DNA of 63,920 nt, counting the filler, from Collodictyon triciliatum (taxonomy: Eukaryota), in the NCBI GenBank assembly GCA_043381765.1. It is 21 parts of 21 records of this genome, joined end to end, with 100 filler letters (N's around TTAATTAATTAA, not from the genome) between each part and the next. Parts side by side here need not be neighbours in the genome. Positions count along the whole stretch, not along the records: positions 53,031 to 56,089 come from JBHJMP010007852.1; positions 56,190 to 59,247 come from JBHJMP010007853.1; positions 59,348 to 62,404 come from JBHJMP010007854.1; positions 62,505 to 63,920 come from JBHJMP010007898.1; 17 more parts are not named here. One strand, written 5' to 3'. Below the pieces are notes generated by a model. The model had not been told where the DNA came from. It made no database searches and saw nothing but the letters and a program-made list of their open reading frames with translations. The translations under genes and the position numbers were made by a program. Shown piece by piece: positions 53,380-63,920 of the stretch. Every line of letters starts with the position of its first letter. Position 1 is the first letter of the stretch.

Positions 53380-53699
53380 AAAAAAAATATTATCAATACA
53401 TACAAATTTAAAATATTTTTGTTGTATTCTGCCTGATCATCACGGTTCACAAATAAGTAAATTTATGAAAAATTGAATATCTAATCCAATTAATGAATTT
53501 GCTTATATAGTTCAAATTTACCTGATTTTAACTTAGATTATTTGAGTATTGGAAATAATTTTGAACTTACTACGATGATGGTTGATTATCTGATAATGCA
53601 CCAAAAATAATATCGACATCTTGATTTTTCTTGATCAAAAGGGAGACTCTTTCACAAATCAATAATTGGTTCTAGAAAACTTTTGCCTACGTAAATGTC

Positions 53700-53801
<102 letters not shown>

Positions 53802-53984
53802 GATACTAAAAGTCTTTTTATACTAGGTCTGTGTGAAACATTTTTCCTACGATATCATGATATAATTAAATCCTAAATTTAACAAAAATAAGAGAAAATG
53901 ATACATTCTGAACAGTGGTAATGAAATTAAACTATGAATATTTACCTCTAATAGAAAAATCAACTTAATTATAAACTGGATAGA

Positions 53985-56089
53985 ATGAATTTTAGGCAAC
54001 AGATATCCAGAAAGGCCTTACATGTGTTAGGTCAGTAGATTTTACAAAAAATGTGAATTTATTCTAATTTTTTTTATTTTAGGATTGATAATTTTCAATC
54101 AATTTCTTAATGCCAAGGGGCAAGATGTATCAATTTATACAATCAGTGGCCCCGGAAATCTATTGAGTTTGACCTTTACCCCTGACGGTTCTAACATTGT
54201 CTCTGGAAGTGATGATCGCAACGTCAGAATATGGAATCTTTCTGATGGAAATTTGATTCGCACATTATCTGGTCATTGGAATGAGGTTTACAGTGTCGCT
54301 GTATCTCCTGATGGTTACATGATTATATCTGGGAGTTACAGTTCTATAAGTCAATGGAATATCTCTGATGGAAGCTTGATTCGCTCATTGAATGGTCATT
54401 GGAACTGGATTTATAGTCTTGTCATTACCCCTGACGGTTCAAAATTCTTATCTGCAGGCGTAGATCGCACAATTAAAATTTGGAATCTTGCTGAAGGAGT
54501 GGTAATTCTAACATTGACCGGTCATACCCATTATGTTAACAGCCTTGCTGTTACTCGAGATGGATCGAAAGTGGTCTCTGGAAGTAGCGATAATACAATA
54601 AAAATTTGGAATATCACATACGGAACTTTAGTCAGCACTTTGACTGGTCATACTAACATAGTAAATAGTGTTGCTGTCACTCCTGATAGTTCGAAAGTGG
54701 TTTCTGGAAGTAGCGATAATACAATAAAAATTTGGAATATCACAGACGGAGCTTTAGTCAGCACTTTGACTGGTCATACTAACATAGTTAATAGTGTTGC
54801 CGTCACTCCCGATAACTCAAAGATAGTTTCTGGAAGCAGTGACACAACAGTTAAAGTTTGGAATCTTTTGGACGGAATTTTAGTCGGGAATCTGACCAGT
54901 CATTCTAATTGGGTTTACAGAGTTGCTGTTACTCCTGATGGCTCAAAAATCGTCTCTGGAGGCAGTGATACAACGATGAAAATATGGAATTTGGCACAAA
55001 GAGCTCTGGATCGCATCATAAATGGGCATACTAATCAGGTTTGCAGTGTTTTTGTTACTCCTGACGGGTCGAAAATTATTTCAGGAGGTGGAGATTCAAG
55101 CATCAGAGTCTGGAATATTACAGATGGAAATATGATTCGCATTATAAATGGTCACTCTAAAGAAGTTTTCAGTGTTGTAGTTACTATTGATGGCTCAAAA
55201 ATTATTTCAGGAGGTGGAGATTCAAGCATCAGAGTCTGGAATATTACAGATGGAAATATAATTCACACGATTTATGGTCATAATGATCGTGTTTCTAGTG
55301 TCTCTGTTACTCCTGACGGATCAAAAATTATTTCTGGTAGCTTTGATAGAACAATCAAAATATGGGGTATGTTGGATGGATTATTGTTAAGCACATTGAA
55401 GGGGCATTCCTATTATGTGTCAAGTGTTACTGTTACGCTAGATGGCTCAGTACTTATTTCTGGTAGTTACGATAATAGCATCAAAATATGGAACCTTTCT
55501 AGTGGAACGTTGATTCGCACATTGAATGAAAATGATGGCTACATTACTAATCTTGCCGTATCTCCTGATGGCTTAAGGCTTGTTTCTAGCACTTTCGATG
55601 CCTCCTTAAAAATATGGAATTTATCCGATGGAGCTTTAATTTGCACCTTGAATGGTCACACTGGTCCTATTTACAGCATTTCTATTAATACAGACGGCTC
55701 GAAAATTGTATCTGGGAGTCAGGATACCACAATTAAAATATGGGAAACTTCCCAGTATCTATCCAAACCCCAATCCCAATCCCAATCTCAATCACAATCA
55801 CAATCACAATCACAATCACAATCACAATCACAGTCTCAGTCTCAGTCTCAGTCTCAGTCCCAGTCCCACTCCCAGTCCCAGTCCCAGTCCCAGTCCCATT
55901 CTCAGTCCCAATCCCAATCCCAATCCCAATCCCAATCCCAATCCCAATCTCAGTCCCAATCCCAGTCTCAGTCTCAGTCTCAGTCCCAGTCTCAGTCCCA
56001 ATCCCAATCCCAATCCCAATCCCAATCCCAATCCCAATCCCAATCCCAATCCCAATCCCAATCCCAATCTCAGTCCCAATCTCAGTCCC
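53985..56089 (+). CDS. Signal peptide + 13 WD40 repeats + (SQ)n stalk; 3'-truncated
   Basis: Exon 1 53985-54030 [15 protein letters not shown], intron 54031-54082, then [30 protein letters not shown] repeats and a long Ser-Gln hexamer repeat. Confidence 0.9.
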
Positions 56090-56471
56090 NNNNNNNNNNN
56101 NNNNNNNNNNNNNNNNNNNNNNNNNNNNNNNNNTTAATTAATTAANNNNNNNNNNNNNNNNNNNNNNNNNNNNNNNNNNNNNNNNNNNNCAAGTTCTTAG
56201 AATCAGTCCAAAGAACCACCGTGGACCGCTCCAGGATCGTTCTCAGAAACCTCCCCTGAACCCTTCGTCCAGGGGATATTTAACGAGTCCGCCGACTCGT
56301 TAATAGGTTGAGAATCATAAAGCAAGCGTGTAGCAGAATAAAAGAACATCCCCTTACACGATGCCAGATTTCATTGTTTAGAAAAATTGAACAGACATCA
56401 AGGTTTGATAAATATTTTCTGTCCACTGATTTTTTTAACTGTTGAGTTATTTCGTAATTTAAAACTTTTTA

Positions 56472-57468
56472 TTATGTGTGCCTATAATGTGGGCATAATT
56501 CGTCTACTGATTGTGGCTTATTATTCACCCAAAGCATGAATGAATCAATAGATTTAATAAGAGGATCAATCATTATATCTTTGGTATACTTTGTAAATAT
56601 CCACTTGGAAGGTCCGTTGAAATGTACTATATAAGGTCTTGTTCCCGTCGGTATGTGTTCAAGATATCCAAGTTTATTGGCTACCCATGGGCAATGAGGG
56701 ACACAAGCTTCATCTATAAGGTACATATCCATGAAAAATTCTACGCAATGATCCAGAACAATACCGTATTTCCCAGAAAAGTACGCTTCGTGAAAAAATT
56801 GTTGATCGTCCTGGAAATATCTACGAGTGGCAATAATCTCTTGACATAGAGCTTCTAGCATATCCTTTAGCACCCAGGCATATGCTACGTAAGTTCCAGA
56901 ATTTATAAACCTAGGCCTGTAGGAAAAAGTACGTGTATTATGATTTTGGGAATACTAATCCTAAAAAACTATGACATAAAAGATGTATTAGATGATAATT
57001 TACCCTCTTTCGAAACATCCATTATGCGAATGGAATAGATCATAGGCTTTCTCACAGCTTCCATCAGGAAAAGCAGCTCCAGGTACTAGCTTACGAATGA
57101 TTGAATCTGGCATACAGTTATGCTCAACCGATATGACCATATTATATTTTTTGGACTTGAATAACTTGACTAAACCATTTACATCATTATTGAAGATAAC
57201 ATCATGACAGTCAGAAAAGATTATGACTGTTTCATTCGAATATTTTTTGACAGCATCTCTCATAATGAAGAGTTTGTCTCCATTTCTAACCCACTCTTTT
57301 CCAAATCCCAATACATGAACAAACGCATTAAAACTAATTGCACTTCTGATGAAATCGCAAAAATGGGCCTTACTGTTGGAACATACAGAAATTACTACAG
57401 CCCCAGCTTTTTCCAAATTGCTGTTATAATGAACAACAGCCTCTCCTAAGTCGTCAGCTATGTATTTA
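56472..57468 (-). CDS. PLOD (procollagen lysyl hydroxylase) N-terminal-type glycosyltransferase domain protein
   Basis: VLGFG.EW..GDK, IFSDCHDVIF, EHNC.PD, RFINSGTYV, DDQ, IVLD, HFNGPSK motifs; the upstream exon (~57522-57680) appears frameshifted. Confidence 0.8.
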
Positions 57469-58679
57469 CCTTTACAAAAATAAGAAACATTCTGTTAATT
57501 TTAAAACTATGTATCGAACCTAGTAATCGTGGTAGAACTCGTTCATTTTGATTGAATTTAAATACTTATAGTTGCAAGTAATAATACACAAGGTGAACCA
57601 ACTGACCAAATGGAAATTCCAAGAGTTTATTTTAAACAACTTGTTTGTTCTTCGGATAGCTTTCCCCGATATTTTCATTCAAAAAGTAGCTCGATTGTTT
57701 TTTAGTGAAACGGTGAACAACGCAGCTGCTTAGTATCTGCAAACAATGTTATTTCTAATGCATCACTTATTAGTACTTCTGAAATTTTGATAACGAAATG
57801 TGGCATTGATGCGCCCAAGCAAGTTTCCCTTAGATTGGTTGTTCGAATGGCTACATATACTTTTTCCTATGGTAACGCACCAATGAGTTATGATGTGTTT
57901 TTGATATTAACTTTTGCCCAGACTTTAACTGTGCTAATATACAGCTTTCAATAATACTGCATTTTTAATGGTTTTCACAGAAACATTTTTCAACATTTCG
58001 AAATTTCACAACTTTGAGTTCGGAAGAATAAATACTATGCTGACATCTCAATTCTAAACGGAATTCTCCACTATTAAATACATGCTAAATTTAGCATCCA
58101 CCCTACCTTTGAGCTAGCCAACCCGCCCTTTCTCTCCGATCCCTTGCCTTACCACCTCCTCCCACACCCTTTCACCTCAGAAAACAGAATATTTCTTTTT
58201 GTTCACTACGTTCTGGTGCGCTAGAAATAAGGAAACACTGGGTCAAACAACAGCGCATTTTTGAACTTACACAACATATTTTAGAAAACCTACCTTTGCC
58301 TGTCCGTCTATCCGTCCTTTGTCTTTGAACTCAATCCATATCGATGACAACCTAGCTAGGATTCGAAAATGAGTACGTTCTACATGTACTACCGGACAAG
58401 ACCTGTGATCATAGCGTCGGATCTGTTGAGCGGCCTGGTCCCTGCCCACCCCCGCAAAGAGGCGGCAAAGCCCTTCGCCCACTCACCCATTACCGCACCC
58501 ACAGGGCCGCCGCTATCGACTTCCTGCATCCATGTCCATACCATCCAGCTCTGTGGCATCAATTTTTTTATTCTATAAGTTTTAGCTGTTGAGCCCGTCT
58601 CAACAATCTTTCATTCAACCATCAGGCAAGTAGTTCCAAAGTAGGTGAGGATGTGTGGGAGATAGAAAAAAAACAGGGA

Positions 58680-59247
58680 TAAAAATAAGATAAAAGGGAA
58701 AAGAGAGGTCCTTGAGGCTTGATAAGAGACGCATGGATTTATTTTGGGGACGCGTGATAGTGTCCTGCGAGTATGAGAAAGAAAAAAGGGGCGGGTGATA
58801 TTGATTGGATGGAGGAAGGGGAATACTGCTTTGATGGCGCAAGCTGTCGAAAAGGATGGTGAAAAGAGAAGTGAGGTTCGTTTCATAAGCACTAGGTCGA
58901 GTGCAAAGACGACTTCTCTGCATGGTTGACTCACCTCCTACCAGACCGTATTCGGGTCTTTTCAGTGGGGTTATCGAAGGGACTTCTCCCTCTTGCTTGC
59001 AAAGGAAACCTATGGCTATAAGCTTCCACTCCCTGGTGTCTCTCTCAGCCAAGGTCGAGAATTTTGGCTTTGATACCGCAGGTTTTGCAAGTGGATTTGG
59101 TCAGCTATTCAGGACTCGCGTGTCAAGAGGTGTTAGTTGCCTGCAGTATCCCGGCTCAGGGAGTCTGTTAATGGGTTCGTTTGGGGTAGGGTATGGGTAT
59201 GATGGTCGGTATACCCATAGAGGAGGTCAGGACTGATGCGAGGTATC
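58680..59247 (+). mobile_element. Heavily decayed LINE APE-endonuclease region
   Basis: Relics in the expected order: EVLEA**ETH (QETH), KKGRVILI (KKRGVAILI), KDGEKR (DKEGR), frameshifted GDF; many stops. Confidence 0.4.
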
Positions 59248-59347
59248 NNNNNNNNNNNNNNNNNNNNNNNNNNNNNNNNNNNNNNNNNNNNTTAATTAAT
59301 TAANNNNNNNNNNNNNNNNNNNNNNNNNNNNNNNNNNNNNNNNNNNN

Positions 59348-61953
59348 TGAACCAGTAATATTGTTTGTTGTTCCAGCTTGACACGATATGCATGATGTCT
59401 GGCCTTCTTTATCGTTCCAGGTGCCCTGAGGACACTTATTGCAAGATAGATTTCCATATGAACCGGGGCTGGGGTTTAATGTCCCCTTCGGGCATGGAAT
59501 ACATGAAGAAGGGCTTTTAGGTACTTTCTCTTGCTGATAGAAACCTGAAGGACATACAATACACGATGACCTATCATGTGAGCTAAAACTTCCATTATAG
59601 CAATTTAAACATGAATTCACGCCAAATAATCCTGTTTCATTGTTGAATGTGCCTACAGGACATGAATCACATTTATCTTTTGATTGGGTACCGTAAGTTC
59701 CTTTTGGACATTTAATGCAAGAAGAGATATTAATTGATGCAAAATCAGGATTGAATGTTCCATCTCTGCAAGTCTTGCATTGAACTTGGCTAACTTCATC
59801 ATTGTAAGTTCCCGGTTTACATATATAGCAATTAATATTACTTGTTTTATTACTGTAAGTACCTGAGGGGCATAATAAGCAACTCGCTTGTCCGGTTAAT
59901 TGATTGTATGTTCCAGCTGCACATGAAATACACGCACTGGAGCTTGTCGAGCCGATGGATGGATTGTATGTTCCTGAGGGGCATAATAAGCAACTTGCTT
60001 GTCCAGTTAATTGATTGTATGTTCCAGCTGCGCATGAAATACAAGCGCTGGAGCTCGTAGAGCCGATGGATGGATTGTATGTTCCAGCTGCACATGAAAT
60101 ACACGCACTGGAGCTTGTTGAGCCGATGGATGGGTTGTATGTTCCTGAGGTGCATAATGAGCAAATCGCTTGTCCAGTTAATTGATTGTATGTTCCAGCT
60201 GCACATGAAATACAAGCGCTGGAGCTCGTAGAGCCGATTGATGGATTGTACGTTCCAGCTGCACATGAAATACACGCACTGGAGCTTGTTGAGCCTATGG
60301 ATGGATTGTATGTTCCAGCTGCGCATGATGTGCAATTTGATTGTCCAGTTAATTGGTTGTATGTTCCAGCTGCGCATGAAATACAAGCACTGGAGCTCGT
60401 AGAGCCGACGGATGGGTTGTATGTTCCAGCTGCGCATGAAATACAAGCGCTGGAGCTCGTAGAGCCGATTGATGGATTGTATGTTCCAGCGGCACATGAA
60501 ATACACGCACTGGAGCTTGTTGAGCCGATGGATGGATTGTATGTTCCAGCGGCACATGAAAGACAAGAACTGGAGCTTGTTGAGCCGATGGATGGGTTGT
60601 ATGTTCCTGAGGTGCATAATGAGCAACTCGCTTGTCCAGTTAATTGATTGTATGTTCCAGCTGCACATGAAAGACAAGCACTGGAGCTTGTTGAGCCTAT
60701 GGATGGGTTGTATGTTCCTGAGGGGCATAATGAGCAGCTTGCTCGTCCAGTTAATTGATTGTATGTTCCAGCTGCGCATGATATACAACTTGCTTGTCCA
60801 GATGATGGGTTGTAAGTTCCTGGGGGGCAAAATGAGCAGGTTCTAGATTCTACGTCATAAAAGAAACCTGCTTCACAAACGCCCCAAATTTTGATTGTGT
60901 TATCTTTGCTTCCTGAAACAATATTTGAACCATCAGCTGTAACAAAAACACTGCGCACATGGTCAGTATGGCCAGACAATGTTCGAATCAAACTTCCATT
61001 TGAGAGATTCCAGATTTTGATTGTGTTATCAGCACTTCCCGAAACAACTTTTGATCCATCTGGGGTGATTCTTAAACTCCAAATATGACCTGTATGTCCA
61101 TTTAATGTAAGAATATGAGCTCCATCAGATAGATTCCAGATTTTTATTGTTAAATCATGACTTCCCGATAGTAATTTTGAACCATCCGGGGTCATAGCAA
61201 CAACATTCACTGGGTTGCTATGACTAATTAAAGTTTGAATCAATCTTCCATCAGTTAGATTCCATATCTTGATCGTCGTGTCGACACTCCCTGAGAGGAT
61301 TTTCGATCCATCCGTATTAACTAGAACACTCCGTACAGGTTGTGAGTGGCCGTTTAACGTATGTATAAGGGCTCCATCAGATAGATTCAAAATTTTTATT
61401 ATTTTCTCATAACATCCGTAAATAATTTTTGATCCATCAGGAGTAATTGCGACGCTATTTACCTGATCAATATTGAGGCTCAACGTGCGAATAGAAGCAT
61501 CACCAGATATATTCCAAATTTTGATAGTCTTATCCCAGCTTCCAGAGACTATTTTTGAGTCATCAGGGGTAATTGCAACACCACGAACGACGTTAGTATG
61601 GCCAGATAATGTTCGAATCAAACTTCCATCTGAGAGACTCCAGATTTTGATTGTGTTATCAGCACTTCCCGAAACAATTTTTGAACCATCAGGAGTAACA
61701 ACAATACTATGTACCGAACCATCGTGGCCAGACAACGTTTGTATCAGATAGTTTTGTCCCCTAGCATGAAGTAAACGACAGCAAATAATTATTCCTATGG
61801 AAAAAAGTGATTAATTTTTCTCATAATATCGTCAAATATTTTTCCTTTATTTGATACAAGGAATGGTTTTGTCAAACATTTATATTAATTACTAAAATCT
61901 TGAAAATTTCATTTACCCAATAACAAGGTATTTACCACGCTCAGATATTTCAT
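59348..61953 (-). CDS. Signal peptide + 7 WD40 repeats + long Cys-rich (ephrin-receptor-like/GCC2-GCC3) repeat stalk; 3'-truncated
   Basis: Exon 1 61953-61917 MKYLSVVNTLLL, intron 61916-61795, then GIIICCRLLHARG-QN, 7 WD40 repeats and C..C..GTYN repeats of 17 and 20 aa. Confidence 0.92.
61831..61881 (-). mobile_element. Old micro-retroposon copy in the WD40 gene intron
   Basis: TTTCCTTTATTTGATACAAG between GTCAAATATTT and GTCAAACATTT. Confidence 0.5.
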
Positions 61954-62799
61954 CTAAGATAAACAAAAAAATTCAATTAGAGTAATAAGTGTGTGCCTAA
62001 TATAAAGATCAATGGAAATATCGATATACATGAATTAACTTGTTGTAAAAACGGTATCCTTTTTGTATACACAATATAGACATCGATTTTCTCAAATTTT
62101 TGCTTGTCTAATCCATGCATTTACAAAAAATAGCGTTCATAATACAGATAATAAAACAGGAAGTGGATTCGTGTATGTATGTATGTATGTATGTATGTAT
62201 GTATGTATGTATGTATGTATGTATGTATGTATGTATGTATGTATGTATGTATGAAAAAAATCATTGGATTCTTTCTTTTTCTTCTTTCTTTTTCTTCTTT
62301 CTTTTTCTTTCTTTTTCTTCTTTCTTTTTCTTCTTTCTTTTTCTTCTTTCTTTTTCTTCTTTCTTTTTCTTCTTTCTTTTTCTTCTTTCTTTTTCTTCTT
62401 TCTTNNNNNNNNNNNNNNNNNNNNNNNNNNNNNNNNNNNNNNNNNNNNTTAATTAATTAANNNNNNNNNNNNNNNNNNNNNNNNNNNNNNNNNNNNNNNN
62501 NNNNAAACCAAATAGCTTTTTAATATGGTCATTCAATCTATGGTCTTTTTTTCTTTTTTTTTTTTTTTGCAACCAACGAGCAATGGTATCATCGCGCAAT
62601 CGTTCGCATGCGCATCTTGTTTCTCTATTTTACCCAAACCATTTTCCCCTTCTTCTTTGTCAGTCACTTTGGTATCTGAAACATCCCATGGTACCTTTCC
62701 TTTCTTGGGATGATCTTTCACGACACTAGATACGACGCTCTTATATAGCCTTCAATCCCTATATTTGCTTCTCTCCTTTCCAATTCAGTATTCTGTAAG

Positions 62800-63790
62800 A
62801 AAAAGAGGGCCAAACTCCATCTAGTGGTGCTCTATGATTTAGTCTCTAGAATCAGTCTAAGATATACTCTTGGTATCTTTTTCTAACCCTTTCATCTATA
62901 TCGTCCTCCATATTTACTTCTAGTAGCTCAAACACGCCATCCTTCCCTGTACCCCGTTTTATTTTTCTAGCGTCCATATCTTGTCCCGCATGCAATTGTT
63001 CACGTTTATGTAAGGGACGGTCTGGGTTGGCACGGCACATTTTTTTCTCCCTACTATTTCGCTCCGTAGATGTTCTTGGAACCGTAGTTATGTCCATTCA
63101 TGATTTTGCTTCTAAGAAACACTTACCACAACACAACCCTTTCTCCGCTAGGTCTTATCTACACTTTTTTTTTTTTGCTAACTCAGGGATTTCACACACA
63201 CACACAAACCCGTACTTCTTAATCTCACAATTCTTTTCACCATGAACGCATTTCTTCTCTTCCCTTCTGTTTGATTGGTCATGCAATGTGCCGTGCCTCC
63301 AGTGTCCAACTGCCTCACACTCCCTCACTTTTCCCACGGCCACCCCGAAGTTACTGGTCAGTCTGTCCATCTCCAGTCCGTTCTGAATTCCCACTTCGTC
63401 TCCATGCTTATTCGTTTTACATCGCCCACTTTGACTCGCCATCTCCAGCTTGTGTCTCAACACCCTTACCTTTCTTACCACCCCATCTCCCTCTTATATA
63501 CTACAATCTTCACTGAAATAAAAAGATGAGAAAAACACGACCAAAACTTCCATCACCGCGCATCCACCCTAAGCGGGCTGAGGATTTAAATCACACCATC
63601 ATTTCCAGACTAGGGCTCTCTCAAACACAAGTTCCTCAAGTCCGATCAAAGAAATATTCCGACATTGATCAAACCAATGATTCGAGAGGGCGAGAGCTTT
63701 TTCTTAGTAATTTTAGTCGCATAGTAGAGTTGGGAGGACTTGAGACCTCCATCTCTCCGCCTATATGTCGCAGTGAAAGGCTCACTATTG
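62800..63790 (-). mobile_element. Possible decayed non-LTR retrotransposon ORF2 (post-RT region)
   Basis: RRRDGGLKSSQLYYAT resembles the L1/Tx1 GGL..P.L.YY.A motif; downstream VVLW*VFL; many stops and frameshifts. Confidence 0.35.
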
Positions 63791-63827
63791 TCATATTTTG
63801 CATTTCCTTTCCTTTTTCTTTTTTTTG

Positions 63828-63828
<1 letters not shown>

Positions 63829-63920
<92 letters not shown>
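63829..63920. repeat. (ATT)n microsatellite
   Basis: Perfect run. Other SSR blocks at 2960-3073, 19027-19160, 23657-23803, 25362-25450, 26699-26851, 30905-30975, 33850-33965, 37229-37340, 40200-40290, 43235-43350, 46480-46590, 48950-49052, 49676-49771, 53699-53799. Confidence 0.95.

Noticed and set aside
59842-60846. Overlapping alternative-frame and antisense ORFs on the Cys-rich repeat
   Set aside because: By-product of stop-free tandem repeats with lengths divisible by 3

Overview
Eukaryotic, intron-rich, AT-rich genomic DNA, not one locus. It is about 21 unrelated ~3.06-kb contigs joined by an artificial 100-bp linker (44 N + TTAATTAATTAA + 44 N), with most contig ends at microsatellites. 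Gene content points to a flagellated, mitochondriate protist using the standard code: CFAP44-like, LRRC72-like and axonemal dynein light-chain-domain genes, plus PHB2. Other recognisable genes are the TFIIA large subunit, a TMBIM/LFG Bax-inhibitor family gene, VPS35, Rab5, a PRL/PTP4A phosphatase, polyubiquitin, tRNA-Asp(GTC), a PLOD-type glycosyltransferase, two LRR proteins, two intronless multi-TM orphans and several decayed L1/Tx1-like LINE fragments. Three observations stand out. (1) A ~25-bp micro-retroposon, CTTTGAATCGAATAAAGG(A)n, occurs at least 7 times, each flanked by its own 11-18 bp target-site duplication; one copy duplicates a splice donor. (2) Two paralogous WD40 beta-propeller proteins carry signal peptides, are rich in N-glycosylation sequons and sit on SQ-rich or Cys-rich stalks, suggesting an extracellular WD40 family. 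(3) Rab5 has an AT-AC intron whose donor matches neither the U12 nor the U2 consensus. Exon boundaries were read by eye and family assignments come from remembered motifs, not database searches.
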